DNA of 64,000 bases from Girardia tigrina (taxonomy: Eukaryota). The stretch lies in NCBI GenBank assembly GCA_001938485.1, contig MQRK01230191.1, forward strand, positions 23,341-87,340, given 5' to 3'. Below are positions 1 through 13,800 of this stretch, one piece after another; positions within the stretch are counted from its first letter, which is position 1, and each line of letters opens with the position of its first letter. A program made the position numbers and the translations under genes. The notes below the pieces were generated by a model, which worked only from the letters and a program-made list of their open reading frames with translations, searched no databases and was not told where the DNA came from.

Positions 1-40
1 CTCTTTCATAATCTGATAGATCTTCACCTTTACCCATTAC
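1..40 (-). mobile_element. Possible start of a Tc1-like transposase running off the window edge
   Basis: Minus strand reads MGKGEDLSDYER, resembling Tc1 N-termini (MGK..dLsdfER); only 12 codons visible. Confidence 0.3.
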
Positions 41-522
41 AATCTATTACTTATATTTATATGAATTATAAGCCAAATATAAATAATATTACTTACAGTT
101 TCATAAATTTGCCAAATAACTGATAATTAAAACAATAGTTACGATCTAAACGTAATTTTTTGAAAAAGTGATAATTATCTGACTCAGCCTAAAATGGTGA
201 AAATAATGATTTTGTGTTTTTTTTCAATTATAGCTATCATATTNNNNNNNNNNNNNNNNNNNNNNNNNNNNNNNNNNNNNNNNNNNNNNNNNNNNNNNNN
301 NNNNNNNNNNNNNNNNNNNNNTTTATTTAAAATATTGTTATATAACATGAGTAATATATATATACTAAATTACAGAGATATATCTTAAATAATAGAAAAG
401 ATAGGGCTTTATTTAAAAAAGTGATAATTATATGACTCAGACTGTATATATAGTCTGTATATGTTTATGTTATATATTACCCTGTAGTTATATCTTTATC
501 TAAAATGATTCTTATTATTTAT

Positions 523-1362
523 CTTTCTTCTTCTTTTTGGCCTTACACGTTGGGCCGTGGGTGAACCCAATTATGCACATGCCTTCGCCACATCTCTCTA
601 TTTGTAGCCTCTTTTCTGAGATATTCCATACTCAATCCACTCCATTCTTTTAAATCGTCTGTCCATTGCCTCTGGTATTCCTCTTGGTCTTTCTCCGTCC
701 ACTTTTCCTTCAATCATAACCTTTGCTAGTGTTTGTTTTCTTATTTGATGTCCGTAGAATTTCAGCTTCCTTCTCTTGATGGTCTCTTCTATTGATTCCG
801 GTTTTTACTTAGTATTTCTGTCACTCTTCTACAGACAAAGTCGTTTGTCTTCTTTTTTTGTCTTCCACGTGATCTTCAGCATTCTCCTGTAGCACTTCCT
901 TTCAAACGCTTTAAGTCTATCCTTAAAGTCTATCCTCTTCTGATTTATTCCCCAACTCTCACATGCATATAAGTGTTGCCCAGACAATAGACTTAGTGAT
1001 CTTTAATTTGCTCTTGAGATGGATTTTTTTGAGGTTAGAAACTGTGCTAAGTTTAATCATTGCGCTTGTTGAAATACCAATTCGACTTCTGATTTTTTTC
1101 TTCGCTTCCCCCTTTCTCTGTGATAGTAGAGCCTAGTATTTGAAACTCTTAACTTGTTCCAGCTTCTCCTCTTCAATGTCGATCTCAAGTTTAACCTCAT
1201 TGTTATGGTTTTCTGAAACCATTATTTTGCTTTTTTGTCTGTTGATTTCCATTCTAAATTTCTTTGACGCTTTGTGTAATCTATTCGTAAGCTCCTAAAT
1301 CTCTGCCTCATCTTTACCGATTAGGTCTATATCGTCAGCAAATCATAGGTTGGTTATTCTTG
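523..1362 (-). mobile_element. RTE-clade LINE, 5'-truncated 3' end, decayed
   Basis: Minus strand gives NL*FADDIDL (RT motif) and a frameshifted RTE-type C-terminus IEGKVDGERPRG..WTDDLKEWSG..NREMWRRH, then a short GAA-repeat tail; similar to the copy at 8985-10745. Confidence 0.85.
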
Positions 1363-1867
1363 TAACACTATATAAAAACGAGTGCTTATCTGAATAAGTT
1401 GAATTTTATAGCAGATATTACTTATTAACGTTGTTGTTACCAGTTAGTTGGGTGAACGTTTAAAGGAATAATAAATGAGTTACAATAAATTGATAATTTG
1501 GATAAAAATAACACTGAGGAATCCACCGAAATTAACTGCAATAAATTCTAAATTTATAAATTAAAATGTGACATTGCAAATTCTTAATCAACGAAAATAG
1601 ATTATACGAGTAATAATAAAACTTTTAAGACATGTCTTGCATATTAAAAGCTTGATAAAAAATTGACTGTTACGAATTTTGTGTCAATTAAATCATAGTT
1701 GATAATTTTACAACTCAATAAAACTAATTAGCATCAATTTGAAATTGTAAATATACATATTTAATCGTAAATTTCCATAAAAATTTCTTAGTTAAAATGA
1801 CATTCTGTAAAAAAAATAAGTAAAAAATAGTAATCAGAAGAATCTTTGAATTAAACCCATAAATAAC

Positions 1868-4800
1868 CTTTCAGATTTTTGACTTTTTGAGATAATTGAC
1901 GACTTTTTGTTCCTTTCGTGATGTTTGGGTTTATTGGTCCGGTGTTCTGGTATCGATGATGGACGATTATTGATTTGATTAGAGTACTGAAATTAGATTA
2001 AAAGTTATAATATGTGTAAAAAAATTATAACATGAGACTCAGACGTTTTAGAGAAATCAACAATTTCTTCTTCAATTTCACTGGCCTCAGATTCCGTACT
2101 GCTTTTGTCTAAATGTAATTTTAATTAATAAAAATTAAATATTTATTTCATATATATACATGATAAAAATGATTAAATTATTGTATTACAAACAGAAAAA
2201 TATATCAATATAAAAATTTAACCCACAATCCATAATACTACTTTCGTGAGAAGTCATGCCTATTCTGGTTATAAAACACTGAATAATTTCGATTACTTAA
2301 ATAATTAAAAATAGTGGGACATGTCTTTTAAAAATAAGACAACATTTAGAAAACCAATTTTTATTTTCATCTGGTATAACAATGCAATATGTATACATTT
2401 AATAAGTATATTGCCGCATAAATTGCAGGAACCTCCAGTCATCTCTGTAAGAGAATCTAAGAACACGGTCGTAAAGTTGGTGGAAGTAATATTGAAGAAC
2501 ACAGAAAGATTTGAAATTCAAATATAAATAAACATTAATAATTCCAAATTCCTGTCCACTTGTTTTAAAAATTATTGACAAAGTTGTCTGTGACTACATA
2601 TTAAACCCTTAAACTTTAAGAATAAAGTGAAACTGGTCACTTCACGACCTTATTGAACGCGTTTAGATGACATCATTATTCATTGATTTCACAATTACTA
2701 CGCAGATAAAAAAAATTATTATTTTCTTGACAACCTGAAGATGACGGCTATGTCGTCGAAATTAATTTTTGATAAAGATTAAAAATGAATTTCTAAATGG
2801 CATATTTATTTAATCAGCTATTTGTGTAAAATTTTGATATTTCAAATTTTAAAAAAATTAAAAGCTGAGCAAAAACATTTAATTATTATAATATCAATAA
2901 AATAAAAACTGTCTTTCAAGGTTTTTTCTTTGCGAATTTGACGTGAAACTTAATTTTTATCATTGTCAAATTCAAATCGTCTGTGAGACACATGGCATTT
3001 GTCTTAGCAACTCTCATTTGAAATGAGAAATCTTTAAATGCATTTTAAATATATCCAGATTTCTACGGGCATGATCAATATCAACGATGCACATGGTGTT
3101 TATTCACTTAATCGCATCACAGATAATCGCGTCACACTTAATCGGACTCAAATATTAGGGTGAACCAAAAGTCTTCGTATTTTTTATTAAAAATTTAAAC
3201 ATAATTTTACAACAAATAAAAAACATTTAAGTTTCAAAGTAAAGGCCATTTGAATCTATAGCTTGAACTCATGTATGGGCAAGTTGTGCGATCCCGCTGC
3301 GGTACCAATCCTTGTTCTTAGAAGAGAAGAACTGGTGACACCCGTTTTCGACCTCGGCCAGATTATTGAAGCTGCGACCACGAAGAAAATGTGCCATAGA
3401 GCGGTAAAGGTGATAGTCGGATGGCGCAAGATTCGGACTATATGCTGGGTGTGGAAGAAGTTCAAAGGCGTCGAAATTTTTGATTTTTTCCTTTGTTTGT
3501 TTGGCGGTGTGCGGTTTTGCATTGTCCTGTTGTAGAAGAACTCGCTTTCGATTGATCAAAGCGGGGTATTTCTCGCTAAGTGCCGCATACATTCGATCAA
3601 GTTGGGCGCAGTAAAGGTCATTGTCGATGGTACGACCATTTGGAACCAGATCGAAGTGAATCACGCCTTCGAAATTCCACCAAACACACAAAAGTGCCTT
3701 CCTTGAGAAACGATCTCGTTTAGCTACCGGTTTCACCATTTGTCCGGGTCTAACCATTGATTTTGTTGGTCTGGTTTACTGAAGTAAACCCACTTTTCAT
3801 CGCAAGTTACAATTCGACGGATGAAACGGTCATCGCGCGGATTTTCAAGCAATTTTTGATAGGTTTCGAAACGCTTTTTGGCTTGAATTTGTATCAATTC
3901 AAGAAAGAATATTATTAACTTATTTTCAGGATATTAATTAAAAAGATAACCTTCATTATAAATATTTATTTACTCGTAAAAAATACAGTTTCAAAAAAAC
4001 AAGTCCATTTAAAGTTTCTTCATTTAATTGATTCCGAATTTTTGTTTCGAAACTACCAGCTAAAGAGAATGTCCGCTCACTAGCTGTAGAAGTCGGTTGA
4101 AGAGTCATGAGAGCATTATACAATTTTTTAACATTTTCACTTCGCTCAATCCAGTGGCTTCAAATTTTTTTAATTCGCTTTCAATATCTTTGAAAGGTCT
4201 TTCCTGTAGCACAGATAGTAATGAATTAATTTTACATTGTATATCCGTATAAACAGATATATCTTCAACAGCCTCAGGAATTCCTTAAACTTCATCATCT
4301 TCTATTTCATATTAATGTTGGAAATTAATAAATAAGCGATTCCATATTTTATTCGCCAAAGATTTTACTGCAATTTTTGATGAATATGTGATTTCGGAAT
4401 GGGAATAATTTATTTGATTTTGGTATCTCTCGTTTTGTAAAAAAATGCAAAAGAAACTAAATTAATTTGACACCGTTCAGTAACACGTCTATGCAGAGAT
4501 TCAATCATTTCTTTTGAAAGACTAGTGTTTAGTTTGTTTAATTTTTTTCAATATAATTTTTTTGAAATAAAATTTTTATTTTTTGTAATACAATTATTAA
4601 TTTTTGAAATGCAATTTACGAATTTAAAATACAATTGTTATTATTTAAAAGACAATTTACGAAATTAAAATTCAATTGTTATTCTTTGAAATACATGTTG
4701 ATAATTTCAACTTGAAATGGTGTAGTAATCGGTTAATCGGCCCAAAAAGTCGATTAACCGAATTGACGAATATTAAGCAAAATTGGTGAATATCGGTTAA

Positions 4801-7800
4801 CCAGTTAACCGGTTTACACTCCCTAGACATTTGATGCTAAATTCATAACTGAGATTAGATAATTTAGAAAATTATTGAAAGACTCGAACTTCGTGCAGCT
4901 GTAACATTAAAAAGATTCACTTGAGCGAATTGAGTGTACCAAAACCTAGAAAGTGCAAATAGTTTCATCAAAATATTTCGGTTTACTTCGGACGCATCTC
5001 TTGTTTAAATTAGCATTTGTTTAAAAGCACTAATTTGAGTTTTATATTGCCCAAATTTTTTCCCCCAAAATAATAATAAATGATTATTAGCATGTTAATT
5101 TATTTAGCATATACCATCATTTAATCAGCGTAAATATTATTAAATTTATAAATTAAATATAAAATCCAAATTTATTATTTTTAGAATCATCGCAAAAAAA
5201 TATATTTACTTGAAAAACTTTGAGTTCTCGTATATTTACTTGAGCTGGAAAGATAAGAAGTTTTATTTTTCCGATTATTTTGTATGTTCTAGAAATTGAT
5301 TTGAAAAATATTTATTATTATTTAATGAAATTATTTACGTTGAGATTTTGAATTGCTTCAGTGAATATTTGTATATTTTTATTTGATTCATTTTCTTGGC
5401 TATCTTTCCATTGCCGGGATTTAAGAATCTGAGCTAAACTGAGGGTTTCTTGTTGAGCAAATCCGACCCCTTGAAACCTATCACTTTGAAGTAACTGTTC
5501 CATACTCACTTGAAGACTATCATAATAATGAAGTTCTACTAATAGTTGTCGTTCTAGAGAATTAGGAGACAAACGAGACTGTGAATCAGGGTAATTTAAA
5601 TTAACATCTGGAGGTCTTTTATTAATGATTTCTGGATGTGTAGAATTCCTTTTAATGGACTTTTCTAAAATAATATCTGATTCTGATAATTCAGGAGAAC
5701 TACGAACACTTTCAACATCGTTACTCTTAGCAAAAGAAATAGATTTTTTTCTGTCATTTATTACTGAAGGAAGATCACTCAATATTTGTGACGTCGGACT
5801 ATCTTGTCTGCTTTGCCTTGAAAGGCTTTGCTCTTGCACTGATTTATGACTTTCATCAACAACACTGAGAGGATTTGAAATGTTCGACTTATCTTTGTCT
5901 GTTTCAAGTGGTTTATGAATTTTAATTTTGTTATGATTCTTACATCGAAGATAAGTTCTCATAAAAGTGAGGGAGTCTTTATCTAAAATCTTAGTGATAT
6001 CTAATTTGTTTCTACCATTTCTAGAATCTGAAATATGGGGCTTGTGAGTAGATTTATGATACGGTAGCATTCTTGCTTGATATGTTTCAATTGTTCGGTC
6101 GTACCTGTTCTGCATTATTAAATTGTAATACAAACTTATATACCGTTAATCAAAGAAATTGCTAACTTGATTTTCTTCAAGTAATCTATCTATAAGATCA
6201 GCAGATTCAGAATCGCTTTCATTATCGTCATATGCATTCTAAACAAATATGAAATCGTAACAGAAGAATTAATAAATGAGTTAAATGTCACTTTTTAGAT
6301 AATAGATTGCATAAAACAACACAATTCTTTTGTAACAAGTTTTTCTAATTGAACGGATAGCAAATAATTTAGTAAACTTTAAAGTCAAGTCGGCGTACAT
6401 TAGAGAAACTCTAATTATCCGGATAACTTTATAGGGGTCAAAAAGAAACTGTGTGAAATAAAACAAAATAAAGTAAAATCAATTTTGTGTATTCCTATTA
6501 CAATACATTTTGCATTATTTGAAATACCGTTTTATTAAAAGCATTTAAAAGATAATTTAGTAATCATAAACTAATAGATAATTTGTATTGAAAGCTAATT
6601 TGAAAACTTTGGTTTATATTATTAGTAGTATGCTCTAAATCTGCTTATAATCACACGCTCATCCTTTAGGAGTAATAACTTAGAAAATTAAGGTTAACTA
6701 TTAAGAAATAAACTAAGAGTTAAGAATACAGAAGGTAGCAAGAGAAAATTTTGATTAAATTTGTTTTTCTGTTGAAGAAAATCCAATTTTCATTCTGATA
6801 TTGATCCATATCAGGATGACTAGAGTTCGGATAAATGGATTTTTACTGTACCACAATTAATAGTTATATCTCTCGTGAAAATTGTAAATTTTAAAAAATA
6901 TTTCAGATTTAAGATCTTAACCACCTTACCTTTGGGTGTTTCCACTAAATAAGTAAAAAAAATCGTCATTTTTTTGTTGGAAACACGATAATAATGATTA
7001 GTCTCAGTTCTTTTTGACAATAATTCTTCATAAAAAAATCATAAACAATAGATATGTACAACAGCAAATATTGCCTAAAAGCAAGGGAACTCATTCGTAA
7101 CACAAGATTTCTGTGGGTATTTTTTATATGAACCGTCTTTGTTATTGAAAGAGTGTGATTCGTCTTGTTGAGTTTTGGAACGTTTTTTATAGATGCTCGT
7201 TCAAAGGCGTAAAGCGGTCAACAAACCTTTAAGGTTTATCAATATCAGTTAAATATCCAATATTTCAAAGTATCGGACAAAGATCGAGAAAATCAACGCT
7301 CATTTTAATTGTGTTAAACTCTTTCTTTATAGTTCAATTGTCCAGAGTACCATTAACATTTTTTTTTCTTAAAAACATGAAATGAGTTTGTCAATGTTTT
7401 CATTTTTATAACTGAGAAAACAAAATCTGTTTGTTATTATAAAGAGAATGAAAATAAAACATTTCTGGGATCTTTAAGGTATTTAAATTGAATATTAATC
7501 ACATTTTACGGTGAAATATGGATGAAGAGATACTAACTACGCAGCATTTTCAAGGGCGTTCTCGTGTACTTAGAAGATATAATGATAAATGGAGTACAAT
7601 GGTGCAAGACATCTCAAATCCGGAAATTTTCGACGCAAGAATATTTCTAAGTGTACATGCTATGCCAAATTCACGAACGATACAAACATTTAAATAATTT
7701 TTAAAAAAACATTTTTAGAAATTCTCAATTTTTCATGAAAAAAATATTAATTTATTATGAAAAAAAATTAATTTATTTACTATTTAAGAACTATAAATAA

Positions 7801-10800
7801 TTGATCTAGGACCAATAATTTTGCGGAAGCTGTCCACAGAAAACTGAGTAGAATTCGGGGTAGATCATTCATCTATTTGGAATTTTATAGATGGATTGCG
7901 CATGATTCAAAAAGCAGTTGATCAATTATATGAAAAGACGATCGTGCCATAATCATATATTTGTGAATTAATTAAACGCGTCTATAATCTATATCTATTG
8001 TGAGTTTTGATACGACAAAAAAGATATAAAATGGATTATAAAAATATTCAAATACCAGTAGGATAATTTCTAGTGGCAAGGAATTCAAGAAACTATAAGA
8101 CGGTGTATCAACGAAAGAAACTCTATTACCACGAATAGTTACGTGGTGCGCCCAATTAGTCGTGAAACTAATATAGAAAGACTTAAGATATCAGCACAAC
8201 ACTTTTTATTTAGGACAAGCATGGTAAATAGACATCATTTCTCAAAATAATTTCTTTGTGCACTGCACATTTTACTGCACATTTTTACCAGCGAATAAAG
8301 AGGTTTTTAAAGAATTCTGAAGACTTTTCTCCCAGAAAAACTCTCCATTGCAGCTCTCAAATCATGTTTGTTGGCAGACACCTGGTCCCGAAGATACATC
8401 TTAAGATGGTTAAACAGGAAAAAATCGGAGGGAGCCAAATCTTGGCTGCATGGCGGATGGGGGAGCAAGTTGAGTCCGCAACGCTCAATTATGGCCATGG
8501 AAACGCTACTAGTGTGGATTGGAGTATTATCGTGTAAAAAATAGATATCACACAATACTCTTGCTTCGTGCTTTCCTTGCTTACTGCACGTTGTTGGAGT
8601 GGTAAGAACTATTGATCTTCACGCCGGATTCTGCAAAGTCAGTCAGAATAATGCCAATTGGAGGACCACATTTTCAGTGAGCTGCTTTTTCCTGCCCGTT
8701 TCTATTCTTGTGACTCTCTTTTAGACTCGGAACATAAAGGGACAATGGTCTATCGCCCACAGTGATGATTTTATCAATGAAACGGTCTCTAACATTGGTT
8801 CTGATCTGCAGATTCTCCAAGCAGCATTCGAAACGTCGTTGACGCATATCAACCGTTAAGAAACGTGGCACAAAACGGGAACATCGAATACCATTTTCAA
8901 TGAGAAGGATATGCAGAGTGCCTTTGCTCACATTTACACGGGTTGTGAGCTCTCTGGTCGTTATTCTTCTCTCGTGTATCACTTCATTTCAAACGCTTTA
9001 AATCAATCCATGATCTTCTGATTTATTGTCCAACTCTCACTTCCATATAAGAGTGTTCCCCAGACAATAGACTTAGTGATCTTTATTCTGCTCTTGAGAT
9101 GGGTTTCTTTGAATGTAAAAACTGTGCTAAGCTTAATCATTGCGCTTGTTGTAAAACCAAAACGGCTTCTTCTTCGGTTCCCCCTTTCTCTGTGATAGTA
9201 GAGCCTAAGTATTTGAAACTCTTAACTTATTGATTTCCAGTTTAACCTTGTTGATTGTCGAAAATTGGCATTTATTTTCTTTTCCGGTTTTATAATTAAA
9301 TCCGAAATCAAAAAGAGTTTTCATTACTAAAAATTTATTTTCAATCCACAGTTTTTTTAATTTCAAATTTGGCGCTTCTTTTTCCAATAAATTTGAAATA
9401 TTTAAACAACACACGTTTATTATAAAATATACATTAAATAAAAATACAATTAATATATACACTGAGAGAGTCATAAACACATCCAAACATCATACCAAAG
9501 TTACACGAATTAAATCAACAACAATCATAATTTACAAATCATCCTTACAAACCTCGTTGTTATGGTTTCCTGAAACCATTATTTTGCTTTTTTATCTGTT
9601 GATTTCCATTCTAAATTTCTTTGACGCTTTATGCCATCTATTCGTAAGTTCCTGAATCTCTGTCTCATCTTTACCGATTAGGTCTATGTCGTCAGCAAAT
9701 CGTAGGTTGGTTGTTCTTGTTCCTCGGCAGCTTATTCCAATATCATCTAGACCGTCTATTGCTTCTATAAGAATTCTCTCAAAGAAAAGGTTAAACAGTG
9801 TTTGTGAAAGAATGCAACCTTGTCTTACTCATGCTGATGATTTAAACTAGTCACTAAATTACTCACTTGTCAACACTTTTGTCTTTGCGTCTTCGTAAAA
9901 GCTTTTAATAATTTTCGTAATATGTTTTCCTATGTTGTGCTTATTCATATTGTGTCATAGTGCTTCGTACCACACCCTATCAAAAGCTTTTTTTGAAATC
10001 TATAAAGTTATGACAAATTATTCTTTTGTGGTTTCTAGTTTTCTAACAAATCAGTCTTAGGTTGGCTATCTGTTCCGTATTGCTGTGATCCCTTCTGAAG
10101 CATATCTGCATCTCGCTAAAAACTTGCTCAAATTTCGGTGTGATTCTCATGTGATTTGTAACACTTTCAACATAACCTTTGATGCGTGACTTATCAAATT
10201 AATTGTCTAAAGTCGCTGCACTTTTTACTATTTGCTTTCTTCGATATAGGAATGAGGATGGATTCAGTCCATTGTGAGGGCCAAACTCCACTATTTAAAA
10301 TTTTGCAGTATATTGCAAGAGGAATAGTTACTGTAGTTTCACCTCCATTCTGAATTAGTTCCGCGCTGATGTTGTTCATTCCTGAGTTTTTGTTCATTTT
10401 CAAACCTTTTATGGCAGCCTCTACTATGATCTTAAAATTTCACATTCATAATCTTCGTAATCTCCATTTGTTTCCACATATTCAGATATTACGCTCCTGT
10501 CGATATCTGCTTTGAAGTTTTATAGTTCACTGCTATATTCTTTCCACCTTTGAGCAATGTTTGTAAATCTTGTAAGTATGTTTCCATCAAGATCTTCAAT
10601 TACACTTATTTGTCTTCTTCCTTGCTCGGTCAGTTTCTTAATTATCTTGGATGCTTCTCTAGAATTGTTTATTTCAAAACTACTTTCTATCAATTTTGCT
10701 TGTTCTGCAGAATTGGATTTCCCCATATTTTGGAAATCCTCAAACATTATGACAAAAAGAGAAAAAAATATTTTAGAATTCGTTTGAGTCACCATTTGAT

Positions 10801-13800
10801 TCAGTTACAGATTAAACAAGAATTTAGCTCATTCTATAAACGTTGTGTTAGTACGCAAGATTCAAACTTAATCAGTAATATCAAAGTTAATATTTCATAT
10901 TTTCACTCACTTTTAAAATGGATTTAAAGAATAACATAACTTTATCATATCACTAATAATGCAGATCATGTATAGATATCAAACTTTTGGTAAGACAAAA
11001 CTGTAAATTGTTTTTAAATACAATTTATAAGGTACCGAATTATTTGGAGAAGGGAGTAGAATGTTTCATATTTCGATAAATAATAAATAAATATTTTTAA
11101 TATTAATAGTAATTGTAGTGGAACTGTTTTAAGTATTAAAATGATAATAATGTGATAATATGGGAAAAAATGAGTTATAGATTGTTAAAAATTGTTAAAA
11201 TGCATTAGAAATTAGTTATAATATTAAAAGGTTTTCTTTTTAATTTTTAAACGGATTTTTAAAGTCAGTTTTAAACAAATGATTGAGGACCAATAATGAT
11301 CGTGACACCTCAACACTGGTGTCAGAAGTGGGATAGATCGATAGAAATTACTCTAACTCCACTTTAAAATATTTTAAATCATGACGACTAACTCAAAAAA
11401 ACAAAGTTTCGAGATCAGGTGATAATAAACATTCGTCTTTTATCAACCAGGGAAATTTAGCTAAAAGCACCCCTGGAAAAATTTATTTTCAACTACCCGA
11501 TTTTTCATTTGATAATCGCGGATCACCCTCCGAATAGATCACCTAAGACCAAACTCCGAGACTCAAAAGGTGTTGTTGACGAGGAGTTAGTGAAGTTTTT
11601 TTTTCTTTCGTGCAATATATAGTAATGTCAAAGGTATATTACTATCAAATAGGGACATCGACTTAAACGCGTTAGGTACTCTCGTCGTCAAGCTTTTGGC
11701 TGGGATTGGACAAGACATCAATAATCTTCACGACAAGACTTGTGATACAAAAACCTGGTAAATAACTGTGTAAATTGTAATCTATCAAAACTTACCAGAA
11801 AAAAAAATTAAAACAATCCTTTTTGTTGAGATGGACAAATCCGAACACATCCCTATGGACATAACTGAACCTTTACCAGTTAACAAATGCTATAGATACC
11901 TCTTAACTATTGTTGACAGGAAAACTAACTGGTTCGAGGTCATACCGATGAAAGAAATTACAACAAACGCCATTTGTCAGATGTTTGAGAAAGAGTGGAT
12001 CGCTCGTCATGGACCTCCAAAAAAGATCACGACAGATCAGAGACGACAATTTGAGTCCGAACAGTTTAGAATGCTATGTAACAATTACAACTTTAGGAGG
12101 ATCAGAACCAGTCCATATAATCTACAAGCTAATGGCAAGGCAGAAGTGTTCCATAGGTATTTGAAACATACACTTCGTACTAAATGTACTAATGAAAATT
12201 GACTCCATTACTTTGATGAAGTTTGTTTAGTCCTCAGAGTGATGGTATAATGTCTATTCGCATTTATATTCATATTTTTACACATTTTGTCCTGAATTGT
12301 GGATGACTTGTGTCAGTCATTGAAATTAGTTTAGATTTAAAGTTTCAACTCTGCAACTGTAAGTAATCTGGATTTACACTGAACTTGAAAATATGGAGCA
12401 TTCAAATAGACAAGATTTGAAGTAGAGTACATGAGATAAAATTACTTTTATATAAAATACAGTTCTTGCAGTAAATTTACAACATTTTTAAACCTTTGAA
12501 AAACCTAAAGAACTTATTAGGTAACCTAATATTACTTCAGATAGATCAAGATGTTTTTCATACATTTTTAATTCATGTTATCATAAATTTAAAGATGTCT
12601 TATTTTTATTGTCATACAAAAATATAGTATTCATAACATTGGAATAAGGTGTGTCCACTAAAAAAGTGCACAAGTTTTAAAACCATCGTAACTTTTTAAT
12701 TTAATATTATTTAATTTCGTAAATTTGAAATTTAAATATTTGTTTTAATAGATTAGAAATAGTAAAGCAGGTATTTAAAATTTTTGGTTTTTTTATGTTT
12801 TATTTTAGAGACAATTATAATGATTTCAAAACGACAGGAAGATATAATCAATTTTTTCAAAACGCACGGTAAAAGTGAGACTGTGACAAAGTTTACTGGC
12901 ATTCATTTTTCCAGAAGAGGTATATATGCAATAATACAACGCTATGAGAAGACCGGCAGCATTGAAAGAAAAGTAGGAAGGGGAAGGAAACCTGTTAAAA
13001 TGACGTCAGACAAAAGGAAGGACTTCTGCAGCGTGCAACTTTGATTGTTGGACAAAGTGTGAGAAGGTTAGGTAGAGAAATGAATGTTTCAAAGTCTTAC
13101 GTGCATAAGATGCTCAAGACTAATAACATAGTGTTTCGAAAGAGGAAAGAAGCCCCAAAGGTTACTCCGATACAGATTATTCGCCAGAAAGCCAGGTTGC
13201 AAAATCTCGCTAAAATTGTTGTGGAAAAGACCAAAACCGACTTTGTACTTGATGATGAGTCGTATTTTACACTCACCGGAGCAATGACATCAGGTTATTA
13301 TGTGGACCAAAAGAAGTTCATGATGTACCTGATAATATTCGCCTTAAATTTCGAGAGAAATTCACAGTAAAAGTTTTGGTTTGGGCAACTGTTTCCAGAC
13401 GAGGCATTTCAAACCTGTACATCAGGAAATGGAAATCTGTAGCTTCTAATTCGGATATTTATATCTCCGAGTGCTTAACGAAGCGTTTGCTTCCTTATCG
13501 GAATGAGAAATACCCAGCTGGTCACTTCATTTTTTGGCCAGATTTTGCTTCTTGTCACTACGCCAACAAAGCAAGTCTGAAGTGCTTAGAGGACAACAAA
13601 ATTCCATTTGTCAAAAAATATTCGAATCCACCTTGTGCTCCCCAAATACGCCCAATTGAAAAGTTTTGGGCTCATTTAAAGGAGAAGGTGTATGAAAAGG
13701 GTTGGACTGCCGATTCTGAAGACCAGTTGATTCGCAGAATCAAAACTAAAGCAAAGCAGTTTAACAATTTATATTTTAGGACATTTTTTTGCAAATTTTA

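Noticed and set aside
97-119. 23-bp micro-exon as the next CEP350 exon
   Set aside because: Splicing from the 1868 exon gives an early stop, and the adjacent sequence resembles a Tc1 start
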